DNA of 64,000 nucleotides from a virus: IMG/VR virus record IMGVR_UViG_3300013112_000677, positions 1 to 64,000 of that record; one strand, 5' to 3'. Shown piece by piece: positions 45,070 to 54,187 of this stretch (position 1 is its first letter; each line of letters starts with the position of its first letter). The notes under the pieces were generated by a model. It saw only the letters and a program-made list of their open reading frames with translations, ran no database searches and was not told where the DNA came from. The position numbers and the translations under genes were made by a program.

Positions 45070-48036
45070 GTGAGTCGGGACGAGGCCCTCGCCCGAAGGG
45101 AAGAGGTACACGACCCGGAGTCCATGGTCTACGCCCGGCCCTCGGACTTCACCGAGTACGCCATCCGCGTGGTCGACCAGAAGGCCAACAAGGTCGTCCC
45201 CTTCTCGTACAAGGAGCGTCGCTACCTCCGACGGATCTACGACACAGGGGCCAAGCGCGTCCTGCTGAAGTGTGGCCGGCAGGTCGAGAAGACGCTGCAC
45301 AAGTGTTCAGTAGTCACGACGGTGTCCGGTGCCCCGAAGACGATGGAGGACATCGAGGTAGGTGACCGAGTCATTGGCTTGGCTCCCGACGGGGCTCACA
45401 CCGCCACGGGGGAAGTCACCTGGAAGTCTGAGGAGTACTCCAAGCCCTGCGTCCGGATGCGGACCCGACAGGGGCACGAGATCATCATCGCACTTACACA
45501 CCCTATGCGGACGTGGGGATCTTGGACGGAGGGCTCTGATCTGCGTGTTGGTACCAGGCTGGCCGTGGCAAGGCAGGCCGGGTTCTTCACGTGCCGAGGA
45601 GGGTCTGTCCTCAAGGACGAGTGGGTGGCTCTCGCTGGGGCGATGATTGCGGAGGGGGGTTGTGGTGGAAGCAGCTCCCCGAACTTCACGCAGAACGAGG
45701 GGGCACTGCTCGACGACGTCCTCGACGCCTGCGTTCAGCTGGAGATTCCCTACAACCCGCACGAGAAGACGGACAGTGACGGCAGCTGGGTCCTGACGTT
45801 CGTTCAGCCTGAGCCTGGCGTGGACAACCCGGTCACGACCAAGCTGAAGCAGTGGGGGCTGTATGGCACCACCTCCCACACCAAGTTCGTTCCGGACTTC
45901 GTCTACGAGCTGTCCCCCGGCCAGACGGCCCTCTTCCTCAACCGCCTCTGGGCCGGCGATGGGCACTGCAGCCTGCAGGACTCCTCGTACCACATCGAGT
46001 ACGACACCGTATCCGAGCGGCTGGCGCGGGATGTTCAACGCCTCCTCTGGAAATTCGGCATCCCCACCAGCTTCCGAAGGTGGAAGCCGAAGTTGTACTT
46101 GGGGACCGACAAGTGGGCCTACAAGCTCCGCGTCGAGACGCAGGAGGGCGCCCGTAGATTCGTCGAGCACATAGGCGCGCTGAGCAAGACCGAGCACCTC
46201 CCCCTGTTGGGCGTTGACGAGAACAGCAACCGCGACACGTACCCGATGGAGATTGCGGAGGACATCAAAGCCATCCACCGCTCCCGCGAGGGCTACGCTC
46301 GTCGAGGTCGGTGGGTGCCCCAGCCCTCTCTCCGCTCGGCCGGTCTGCGCGAGAAGCCCAAGTACTCTCCCAGCAAGGCGAAGCTGCGGGAGTACGTCGA
46401 GTTCTTCCGGGCCGATGCTCGCTTCGACCAGGAGGCAGTGGACGAGCTCGAGGCCCACCTGGACACGGATCTGTTCTGGGATGAGGTCGTTGAGTACGTG
46501 GAGATTGGGGAGCAGCCCTGCTACGACATCACGGTGGCTGCTACGGACAGCTTCATCGCCGATGGGTTCATCACCCACAACAGCACCATGCTCGGCAACC
46601 GGATGCTGTCGATGTGCTGCCTCAACACAGGCTTCAAGTGCCTGTACGTGTCCCCCACCCACTCCCAGACGAACACGTTCAGCCGCGACAGACTGTCGGA
46701 TCCCATCACGCTGTCGCCGATCCTGTCGTCCTGGACGACGACCAAACTCACCGACAACATCCACCTCAAGAAGTTCATCAACCACAGCAACATCACCCTG
46801 CGCTACGCGTACCACAACGCCGACCGTACTCGAGGTATCCCCTCGGACATGGTCACCATCGACGAGCTGCAGGACATCCTGATGACCAACATCCCGGTCA
46901 TCGAGGAGACGGCCTCCCACTCCCCCTGGGGCATCTTCGTCTACTCGGGCACCCCGAAGACGACGGACAACCCCATGGAGCACTACTGGGTCTACTACTC
47001 GCGGCAGAACGAGTGGATGGTCCCGTGCGAGCGCCACGGCCTCCCCCGGCGGCCGGCCAGCTGGCACTGGAACATCCTGGGCGAGCGCAACATCGGCAAG
47101 CACGGCCCCATCTGCGACAAGTGCGGCGAGACCATCGACCCGATGCACCCCAAGGCGCACTGGCGGTCGCTCAACCCCAAGCCCGACATCCCCGAGCCGT
47201 TCGAGGGCTTCCGCATCCCGCAGCTGATGGTGCCCTGGATCGGGTGGACCGACATCCTCCAGAAGCAGAAGTTCTACGGCCGGGCCCAGTTCTACAACGA
47301 GGTCCTGGGCCTGAGCTACGACTCGGGGACCCGCCCCATCACGCGCAGGCACCTGCGAGCGCTGTGCAACCCCGAGCTGTCGATGTCGCGGGAGGGGCTG
47401 GAGAAGGTCCGGGAGAACATGGGCGGTGCCCGGGTCTTCATGGGCGTCGACTGGACCGGCGGGAGCAACAAGAGCTTCACGGTCGCCACCCTGGGGGCGT
47501 ACCTCCCGGGGAGCCGGAAGTTCACCTACTTCTACGTGCACAGGTTCGAGGGCCAGGAGTCGGAGCCAGAGACCCAGCTCGAGCTCCTCAAGCAGCTCAT
47601 CCGCAACTGGAACGTCGACGTCGTGGGTGTGGACTTCGGCGGCGGCTACTGGCCGAACAACGAGCTCATCAAGACCTTCGGCCCCCAGCGGGTCATCAAG
47701 TGGCAGTACAGCCAGCCCAACGAGAAGTGGCGGTGGGACGCGGGCCAGCAGCGGTACATGGTGAATCGCACGGCCGTGATGACCGACTTCTTCAACGCGC
47801 TGAAGCACGCCGACCGCCAGATCTTCGAGCTCCCCAAGTGGGAGGAGTTCCGTGAGCCCTACGCCACGGACTTCACCAACATCTTCAGCGAGTACAACGA
47901 GTCCCTCCGGCTCGACGAGTACAAGCTGGCCCCAGAGATGACGGACGACACCTGCCACTCCGCCCTCCTGTGCCTGCTGGCCTCCACCCTCCGGATCCCC
48001 CGCCTCGACATCTTCGCCGTACAGCAGGAAACATAG
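45070..48036 (+). CDS. terL: Terminase large subunit with an intein (start uncertain: 45025, 45070 or 45124)
   Basis: Spliced Walker A GRQVEK|ST, Walker B TIDELQD, SGTPKT, FYNEVLG, GVDW, C-terminal DD..H. Confidence 0.9.
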   Translation: MSRDEALARREEVHDPESMVYARPSDFTEYAIRVVDQKANKVVPFSYKERRYLRRIYDTGAKRVLLKCGRQVEKTLHKCSVVTTVSGAPKTMEDIEVGDRVIGLAPDGAHTATGEVTWKSEEYSKPCVRMRTRQGHEIIIALTHPMRTWGSWTEGSDLRVGTRLAVARQAGFFTCRGGSVLKDEWVALAGAMIAEGGCGGSSSPNFTQNEGALLDDVLDACVQLEIPYNPHEKTDSDGSWVLTFVQPEPGVDNPVTTKLKQWGLYGTTSHTKFVPDFVYELSPGQTALFLNRLWAGDGHCSLQDSSYHIEYDTVSERLARDVQRLLWKFGIPTSFRRWKPKLYLGTDKWAYKLRVETQEGARRFVEHIGALSKTEHLPLLGVDENSNRDTYPMEIAEDIKAIHRSREGYARRGRWVPQPSLRSAGLREKPKYSPSKAKLREYVEFFRADARFDQEAVDELEAHLDTDLFWDEVVEYVEIGEQPCYDITVAATDSFIADGFITHNSTMLGNRMLSMCCLNTGFKCLYVSPTHSQTNTFSRDRLSDPITLSPILSSWTTTKLTDNIHLKKFINHSNITLRYAYHNADRTRGIPSDMVTIDELQDILMTNIPVIEETASHSPWGIFVYSGTPKTTDNPMEHYWVYYSRQNEWMVPCERHGLPRRPASWHWNILGERNIGKHGPICDKCGETIDPMHPKAHWRSLNPKPDIPEPFEGFRIPQLMVPWIGWTDILQKQKFYGRAQFYNEVLGLSYDSGTRPITRRHLRALCNPELSMSREGLEKVRENMGGARVFMGVDWTGGSNKSFTVATLGAYLPGSRKFTYFYVHRFEGQESEPETQLELLKQLIRNWNVDVVGVDFGGGYWPNNELIKTFGPQRVIKWQYSQPNEKWRWDAGQQRYMVNRTAVMTDFFNALKHADRQIFELPKWEEFREPYATDFTNIFSEYNESLRLDEYKLAPEMTDDTCHSALLCLLASTLRIPRLDIFAVQQET
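45292..46581 (+). mobile_element. 430-aa intein with a LAGLIDADG homing endonuclease, inserted in the TerL P-loop
   Basis: Block A TLHKCSVVTTVSG..K.MEDIEVGD.V; block B THP; LAGAMIAEG and LNRLWAGDG; block F CYDITV; ends ITHN followed by Ser. Confidence 0.92.
46686..46698. repeat. Dispersed palindrome copy 5, CGACAGACTGTCG
   Basis: Inside terL; uses the rare AGA codon. Confidence 0.9.
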
Positions 48037-48044
48037 GGCTACGA

Positions 48045-48074
48045 CGTGGGGGCCCGCGGATGCGGGCCCCCACG
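48045..48074. terminator. Perfect 13-bp hairpin between convergent genes
   Basis: CGTGGGGGCCCGC-GGAT-GCGGGCCCCCACG directly after the terL stop; no U-tract. Confidence 0.65.
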
Positions 48075-48098
48075 CACCCACGCGAGGTAGCGGGGGTA

Positions 48099-48797
48099 TC
48101 AGACCGTGCGGCCCTCGATGACCGGCGCGGTGCTCAGGCGGTAGGCCTCGACGGTCTGCAGCAGGAGCTTGCCGCCGACGTAGAGGGTCTCACCGACAGC
48201 GACGCCGGTGGCGCCAGCCAGCAGGATGGCCACCCAGCCGGTCGGCAGGGCGAACCGTGTCTCCAGCAGCCTGGCGATGAGGAGCCAGGCACCGGCGCCG
48301 ATGGCGAACTGGATGCCGTGGCGGACCTTCGGGGAGGAGTTGGCGAACCGGATGGGGGCCCGGTATGCCTTCTGGCCGATGGTCTCATCCTCCGGCTTGA
48401 CGCCGAGCTGCTTCTCGAGGTAGTTGGCGTGGTGGGCCGCCGCCTGAGCGGTGGCCTCGGCCGTCTCGATGCGCTTGAGGCCCTCGGACACCGAACCCTC
48501 GATCTGGGCGATCTTGAGCTCGATGTTCTCCTTGATGGCCTCGACCAGCTTGGGGTCGGTGGTCTCGGCCAGCGCCTCGACGGAGGACGCCAGACCGTCG
48601 AGCCGGTCCTGCAGCTCGGCGGCGAGCTCGCCCTGACCGGACAGCTCCTTGACCACCTCGTCGAACCTCTTGTCCATCGAGGCCTTGGTCGGCCGGTCCT
48701 TCAACCGACCGAACTTGTCCTCGACGATGGACACCACCTCAGCCTTGGTGACCGGCGCCTTGCTGGCGTCGACCTTCTTCACGGGGTCTGCGGACAT
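48099..48797 (-). CDS. Coiled-coil membrane protein (two C-terminal TM segments)
   Basis: 232 aa from MSADPVKK; GAGGAG RBS. Confidence 0.75.
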   Translation of the reverse strand: MSADPVKKVDASKAPVTKAEVVSIVEDKFGRLKDRPTKASMDKRFDEVVKELSGQGELAAELQDRLDGLASSVEALAETTDPKLVEAIKENIELKIAQIEGSVSEGLKRIETAEATAQAAAHHANYLEKQLGVKPEDETIGQKAYRAPIRFANSSPKVRHGIQFAIGAGAWLLIARLLETRFALPTGWVAILLAGATGVAVGETLYVGGKLLLQTVEAYRLSTAPVIEGRTV

Positions 48798-48877
48798 GAG
48801 TACTCCTCGTTCTTGGGGGTTTGCGGCCGCAAGGACGGGAGAACTACGGGATGTAGTCCTCCTGTCCAACCACTTGT

Positions 48878-48883
48878 CTTATG
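48878..48883 (-). promoter_or_regulatory. CATAAG motif (copy d)
   Basis: Intergenic, 81 nt upstream of ATG 48797. Confidence 0.5.
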
Positions 48884-48888
48884 GCTGA

Positions 48889-49584
48889 TCAGGTGCGGTT
48901 TTTGCGGATGATGGCGAGGACGTCGCCCTTGGGGTCCACGTTGGGGGTGCTGAGCGCCAGGAAGCGGTCGCGGATGGCCTCGTCCCGGTAGGTCTCGATG
49001 TAGATGATGACGGCACCCCGGAGGTGCTTGCGGCAGAACTCCAGGCGGCTGTGGAGCTTCTGGGCGTCGAGGTCGGTCTTGTAGTCGGGCTGCCCACGCA
49101 CCAGGGCTTGCAGCTCGAGGCAGAGCTTGAGGAACGTCAGCTCCGGCGTGTCCTCCTTCGTCGCCTCGTGGATGGCGTGGAACACCGTTTCGTCCAGCCG
49201 GGGGAAGAGCTCCACCCACCGAGCGGCCTCCTCGACGGAGGGGTGTAGCGTAGCGCGGTTCGCCATCTCCAGCATGGCCACGCACTCCTCCGCGTCCAGC
49301 TGGAGCGGGGGGAGGGTGATCTCGTGGATCTCGGTGAGCAGCCGGAGGTTGGACTCGAGCCGCAGGACGCGCCTCTGCAGGTCCAGGAGGGTCTTGCGGT
49401 TGAGGAGCGACCCGGTGTGGGCGTCGCGGTCGGCCGCCAGCTCCATGACCTCGTCGCGGAGGAGCATGGTGTACCGGCCCTGGGTGAAGCGGGTGAGCAT
49501 CGAGCGGCCGATGTAGGTTTCCACCGTGCGGACGGAGACTCCGAGCAAGGTGGCGGCCTCCTTCTTGGTCAGCATTTCGGGCAT
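48889..49584 (-). CDS. MerR/excisionase-like HTH DNA-binding protein
   Basis: LTKKEAATLLGVSVRTVETYI followed by a coiled coil. Confidence 0.8.
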   Translation of the reverse strand: MPEMLTKKEAATLLGVSVRTVETYIGRSMLTRFTQGRYTMLLRDEVMELAADRDAHTGSLLNRKTLLDLQRRVLRLESNLRLLTEIHEITLPPLQLDAEECVAMLEMANRATLHPSVEEAARWVELFPRLDETVFHAIHEATKEDTPELTFLKLCLELQALVRGQPDYKTDLDAQKLHSRLEFCRKHLRGAVIIYIETYRDEAIRDRFLALSTPNVDPKGDVLAIIRKNRT

Positions 49585-49638
49585 GAATCAGGACCTCCAG
49601 TTGCCTCTCTTGTAGCAGGAAGCGCCCCGGCTTTGCCG

Positions 49639-49668
49639 TTGACACTGTCTCTGGCCACTGCCTATAAC
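49639..49668 (+). promoter_or_regulatory. Sigma70-like promoter heading the head-assembly operon
   Basis: TTGACA-N18-TATAAC. Confidence 0.75.
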
Positions 49669-49698
49669 GAGGGGAGGCCAACCCTGCTCGAGGTGTCC

Positions 49699-50586
49699 AT
49701 GTCCGACTTCAACGAGATGCTCTCCACGACCAAGGGTACCAAGGTGTCGGCAAGTACCCTCCTGCTGATGGCCAAGGAGGCGAGCAAGGCCTACCTGGAC
49801 CACAAGACCCCGCTCAACGACTCCATCGTGAAGCTGGCTCAGCAGCACCCCGAGTGGGGTGGCGAGCACATCCGGCGCGTCATCGAGGCGGCCAACCAGG
49901 AGACCTACGCGGCCCTGTTCCACAAGGAGGCCAGCGCGGTCAAGAACATCGTCTACGACCTGGCCGACCCCGAGGTCATCCTGCCCCAGCTGGAGAAGGA
50001 AGCACGCGCACACGTGACCCTCCCTGCCGGCGCAGCCTACGACAGGGACATCCCCGACTTCCGTGACGCGCTGAACGAGGACGAGTCCGACGCCATCCTG
50101 GCCAACGCCTTCGGCATCCCGGCGGCCCAGGAGAAGGTGGCGGAGGCAGCCCCCCACTCCACGCGCGACTGGGACCAGGCGCTGGGCGCCCTGGACCACG
50201 TGCGCGCCGAGGCGGGCGGGATCGACCGCATGCACGACGACCTCGTGCGCGACTTCAACCACCAGGTCAAGCAGGCGATGCTCGAGGGGCATGACCTCGC
50301 CGACATCGGCGCGGTGATGGAGGGGATGCTCGGTGAGAAGACGGCGGCGCTCAAGGACTACCTCGTTCGTGCCGTGCATCGCACGCTGGCGGAAGCGCCT
50401 GGGCTCGAGGTGTCGGCGGACCCTGCGAAGACGGCTGCGGCTCAGGCTCGAGTCGTGGATCCTGCAGGCCCACTGGCAGTGGTCACCAAGCAGCTGCATG
50501 ACGTCGTGGAGCGTCGGGACCTGTTCAAGACCGCCGAGGCCATCCTCGTCGAGAAGGAACGGGAGATCCGGGCGGCCCTGACGTGA
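49699..50586 (+). CDS. Head-assembly/internal protein with K-x-A motifs
   Basis: 295 aa; AKEAS, VKLAQ, HKEAS, EKEAR, EKVAE, VKQAM, EKTAA, AKTAA, FKTAE. Confidence 0.8.
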   Translation: MSDFNEMLSTTKGTKVSASTLLLMAKEASKAYLDHKTPLNDSIVKLAQQHPEWGGEHIRRVIEAANQETYAALFHKEASAVKNIVYDLADPEVILPQLEKEARAHVTLPAGAAYDRDIPDFRDALNEDESDAILANAFGIPAAQEKVAEAAPHSTRDWDQALGALDHVRAEAGGIDRMHDDLVRDFNHQVKQAMLEGHDLADIGAVMEGMLGEKTAALKDYLVRAVHRTLAEAPGLEVSADPAKTAAAQARVVDPAGPLAVVTKQLHDVVERRDLFKTAEAILVEKEREIRAALT

Positions 50587-50846
50587 GCGAGGACTGGGCC
50601 AGGCGAACGCGAGTCGCTGTGGTGGCCCGCACGATGGCCGGGCAGAAGAAGCTCGGCGGGGTGCTGAACGCGGCGGCCGCGGCACCCAAGCTCCTGTGGC
50701 AGCACCCTGTCGCCGGGTCGATGGCCATCGCCGGCGGAGCACTGGGGGCACACGGCCTGAAGCAGACGTCGGACACGGCCAAGGCCCTGAAGTTCCAGGA
50801 GCAGGCCAAGTTCCGTACCATCAAGGGACCACTCGGGTACCAGTGA
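50583..50846 (+). CDS. Small putative internal virion protein
   Basis: 87 aa, hydrophobic Gly/Ala segment, GTGA coupling. Confidence 0.65.
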   Translation: MSEDWARRTRVAVVARTMAGQKKLGGVLNAAAAAPKLLWQHPVAGSMAIAGGALGAHGLKQTSDTAKALKFQEQAKFRTIKGPLGYQ

Positions 50847-50847
50847 G

Positions 50848-51474
50848 GTGGCGATGAGCGCTCGAGACGTGATTGCGAAGATGGTGAAGGAGGGCTCCCT
50901 CTCCCTGGAGCAGGTCCGCCACGTCGAGGCGAGGGCCGAGAAGGTCGCCAACGTCCTGACCCCCGAGATGCTGGCCGCCGTGGAGCACGCGGCGCGGGCC
51001 GCGACCCGGGGCGGCGGAGCGCAGCACCCCCTCAAGTTCGTGCAGGCGATGACCGGCCGGAACGCCCTGCCGACCATGGCCGCCATCGGCGCGGGCGGCG
51101 CGGCACTCACCGCCGGCGGCATCGGCGCCGCCATGCTGGGATCCCTGGGCGTGCACGGCGTCGACCGCTTCGTCCAGGCCGTGAAGAAGGGCAAGGACTA
51201 CAAGGACATGATGGAGGCCAACCCGGAGCTGGAGCACTACGACCCCCAGGAGCTCCAGGACGCCTTCAACACGCTCCACAAGTTCAACCCCGAGCTGGCC
51301 GGCGACCCGCTGGTGGCCGGCACCTTCGTGCGTCGCGTGGCCGACGCGGACGCCATCGACCACCGCACCGTGGGCGAGCTGGCCCGTACCCGCAAGGAGA
51401 TGGGCCGCCCCTTCGGCCAGCAGGCCGCGCAGGGGGGTGCCTCCTTCAACGCGGCGATGGGCCTCCTCAAGTAG
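50848..51474 (+). CDS. Putative internal virion protein with a glycine-zipper TM segment
   Basis: 208 aa, Cys-free; EKVAN; AAIGAGGAALTAGGIGAAMLG. Confidence 0.75.
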   Translation: MAMSARDVIAKMVKEGSLSLEQVRHVEARAEKVANVLTPEMLAAVEHAARAATRGGGAQHPLKFVQAMTGRNALPTMAAIGAGGAALTAGGIGAAMLGSLGVHGVDRFVQAVKKGKDYKDMMEANPELEHYDPQELQDAFNTLHKFNPELAGDPLVAGTFVRRVADADAIDHRTVGELARTRKEMGRPFGQQAAQGGASFNAAMGLLK

Positions 51475-51477
51475 TCC

Positions 51478-53199
51478 ATGCTCAAGCTGCTGCACTACGC
51501 GGGGGAGGACGAGAGCGGCCCCCGCTCGCACATCATCACCCCGGGAGAGCCGGAGCTGGTCAAGACAGCTGCGCCGCTCCACCACGAGGTGCAGCAGTTC
51601 ATCGCCCACCTGAAGCCGCGTGACGGCAAGACCTACGCCCTGGTCAACGCCCTGGGGGCCACCGAGCTGTACGGCCCCAACATCAACGCCGACGGCTTCT
51701 CCATCGACGCGCTGAGGTACAAGCCCGACGGCTGGGACGACATCCCTCCGTGGGAGGTGGAGGCCCGCCGCGCACTTGCGGCGAAGGCCCCCTACGGGTT
51801 CACCACCTTCTACGACGCCGGGGCCTTCCGCCACCACAAGAACAAGCCCTACGCCCCCCACAACCACCCGCAGTACGGCGTCGTCGACCTGGCCGTCTGG
51901 CACGAGGCGATGCGCCGGGTGGAGCTGGTGGTCGCGCTGGACCACGACCTGTGCCGCAAGGCCGGTGGCTGGGACATCGTCGAGAAGCTCGAGGCCGGGG
52001 AGTACCTCCCGGTCTCCATGGGCTGCCGCGTCAAGTACGACACGTGCTCCCTCTGTGGCCAGAAGTCGAAGACCCGCAACGACTACTGCCACCACATGAA
52101 CAAGCAGGACCCGCGGTTCAAGCCGAACCTCATCCTGCCGGACGGCCGCCAGATCTTCGTCTGGAACCCGTACCCCCGGTTCTTCGACATCTCCTTCGTG
52201 CTCATCGGCGCCGACAAGACCGCCAAGGTGATGGGCCTGCTGTCCTCCGGGAAGCAGTCCTTCATCTCGGTCCCGCCACAGTCGTTGTCCGACCGCTCGG
52301 CAGACCGCGCGGCCGACCTCGGCTACACTGACGGGGCCGTGGAGAAGGTGGCCAGCCCCGAAGAGGAACTGCTGGCCCTCCTCCAGGAAGACGAGATGGA
52401 GAAGGTCGCCCACCAGAAGGTCGCCGTCGAGCAGAAGCTCGCCGACATCATCAAGGAGCTGCCGCCCGACCGCGCGGCCGGGAAGGCGATGCCCCTGCTG
52501 GAGCGGGTCGAGCCCGACATCCCCAGCGGCATCCTCGACTCCCTCTCCAAGCCCCGAGGCTCCGTCGCAGACGACCTCGGCAGCATCGCTGCAACTGCCG
52601 GGAAGCTGGGCATCGTGCTCAAGCCCCGGGAGTTCCAACATCTCGTGCTGTCCCGTTGCGGAAACGGGGCACTCGCCAACGAACTGGGCGCCAGGAATCA
52701 GGTGTTCAGCCCGTGCTTGGGGACGAGCCCGTTCTCGATGGGGTCGCCCCTCCCAGACCTGCACAGGCTGCTGCATCCGTTCCTCGCGACGAGGTCGATG
52801 ATGGGGGCGCCGCTGAAGAAGCGGATCACCATCGTCATCTCCGTCACCCCTCCGCCACCTCGGAACGAGGTGCGCTCCACGATGCCCCTGCTGGACGAGA
52901 TCTCTCGGTCCTACAACGGGTACCGTCACTCCCTCCTGCGGTTCCTGGCGGGAGGGGGGTGCGACAGTCTGTCGCATCTCCACCAGGAAGCCAGCGACCC
53001 GCTGGCCAAGTTGTTCACAAGAAACCCTGTTGCCATTACCGACGATTCGCTGGCAGGATTGTTTTCGTTGGGGCCTCTGATGTACTTGCTTCGCGCGTAC
53101 TGGGACGCCACGAAGCACCTGGGTCCCGAGGTCAGTCAGCGAATTGCTGCAGAAAACCCAGGGCTGGTTGCCAAACTGGCGTATGCCAACCCAGCGTGA
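51478..53199 (+). CDS. Prohead (capsid maturation) protease
   Basis: N.N.DGF, F.HH.N (His), VSMGC (Ser), FFDISFV..GAD pattern typical of HK97/assemblin-fold proteases; lies upstream of the scaffold and MCP genes. Confidence 0.75.
   Translation: MLKLLHYAGEDESGPRSHIITPGEPELVKTAAPLHHEVQQFIAHLKPRDGKTYALVNALGATELYGPNINADGFSIDALRYKPDGWDDIPPWEVEARRALAAKAPYGFTTFYDAGAFRHHKNKPYAPHNHPQYGVVDLAVWHEAMRRVELVVALDHDLCRKAGGWDIVEKLEAGEYLPVSMGCRVKYDTCSLCGQKSKTRNDYCHHMNKQDPRFKPNLILPDGRQIFVWNPYPRFFDISFVLIGADKTAKVMGLLSSGKQSFISVPPQSLSDRSADRAADLGYTDGAVEKVASPEEELLALLQEDEMEKVAHQKVAVEQKLADIIKELPPDRAAGKAMPLLERVEPDIPSGILDSLSKPRGSVADDLGSIAATAGKLGIVLKPREFQHLVLSRCGNGALANELGARNQVFSPCLGTSPFSMGSPLPDLHRLLHPFLATRSMMGAPLKKRITIVISVTPPPPRNEVRSTMPLLDEISRSYNGYRHSLLRFLAGGGCDSLSHLHQEASDPLAKLFTRNPVAITDDSLAGLFSLGPLMYLLRAYWDATKHLGPEVSQRIAAENPGLVAKLAYANPA
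52962..52974. repeat. Dispersed palindrome copy 6 (extends to 17 bp, TGCGACAGTCTGTCGCA)
   Basis: Inside the protease gene. Confidence 0.9.
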
Positions 53200-53211
53200 G
53201 GAGAAGCCAAC

Positions 53212-53889
53212 ATGTCCGGAATGAACCAGTTCCTCGCAGAGGCCTACGGCACGGCCGCACCGACGCAGGAGCCCAGTGAGCAGGAGAAGGTCGCCGCGGC
53301 CTACGAGTTCCTGGACAAGCTGGCCTCCGCCGACGGCATCGACATCCGTCAGCTCAACGACGCGGACGTCGAGAAGGTCGCCAACTTCTACTTCGCCAAG
53401 CTCGCCGAGGAGGAGGCCGCGGAAGCCGCCCCCGCCGAGGAGAAGAAGGAGGAGAAGAAGGAGGAGAAGGAGGACAAGGGCGAGGTCCCGCCCCAGTTCA
53501 CCGACCCCGAGAAGCAGGCCATGGCCGAGATGGGGGAGGCCGACTTCCTCGGTCGGCAGATGGCCCACGCCTTCGTCAACGAGCTGGACACCATCCAGAA
53601 GACCGCCATGGCGGCGCAAGCCGAGGCTCCCGCCGAGCCGGCGGCCGAGCAGCCCGCCGAGATCCCCGAGGCCCTGCTGAAGGTCGCCGAGGCGCGCGCC
53701 CTGGAGTTCCTGCAGCAGAAGGTCGCCGAGGGCAAGCTGTGCAAGTGCGGTGACCCCGCCTGCGACGGCGCGGCCTGCGCGAGCAACAAGGACGAGACCA
53801 AGGAGGCCTCCGCCGACCAGAGCCAGGTCGACGCCATCGCGGCGCAGATGCTGGCCCAGTCCGGCTACGGTCACCTGCTCGAGGGCTAG
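53212..53889 (+). CDS. Acidic scaffold-like protein
   Basis: 225 aa, very acidic, about 9 K-x-A motifs. Confidence 0.75.
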   Translation: MSGMNQFLAEAYGTAAPTQEPSEQEKVAAAYEFLDKLASADGIDIRQLNDADVEKVANFYFAKLAEEEAAEAAPAEEKKEEKKEEKEDKGEVPPQFTDPEKQAMAEMGEADFLGRQMAHAFVNELDTIQKTAMAAQAEAPAEPAAEQPAEIPEALLKVAEARALEFLQQKVAEGKLCKCGDPACDGAACASNKDETKEASADQSQVDAIAAQMLAQSGYGHLLEG

Positions 53890-53908
53890 GACGCGAGGGC
53901 AGTGAGGC

Positions 53909-54184
53909 ATGACGGGCACAGGTCCAGCGCGGAGTCAGCAGTCGGGGGCGTTCTCGCCCAGCGGGCTGTCTGCGTTCCAGGACGAGCTCCGCAAGATCGG
54001 CGCGTCGCTCGGTGTCAAGCTCCCCAAGGCCAAGCTCCCGAAGAGTTCCGTCCCGACACCCAAGGCGCCGACGGCGCGGGGGCAGAAGGCGGAGTACATC
54101 ACGGGCGTCAGCGAAACCTCCACGCCCCCACAAGTGACAGGTACCTTGCCGCCAGGATCGGCGGCCGGGGCCCCCACGAGGTGA
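53909..54184 (+). CDS. Small putative internal virion protein
   Basis: 91 aa, leader SAFQDELRKIG. Confidence 0.6.
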   Translation: MTGTGPARSQQSGAFSPSGLSAFQDELRKIGASLGVKLPKAKLPKSSVPTPKAPTARGQKAEYITGVSETSTPPQVTGTLPPGSAAGAPTR

Positions 54185-54187
54185 CAC

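Noticed and set aside
45292-46581. Class 3 assignment for the TerL intein
   Set aside because: The block B Trp and block F Cys of the WCT signature are absent (HPM; Asp at F4).
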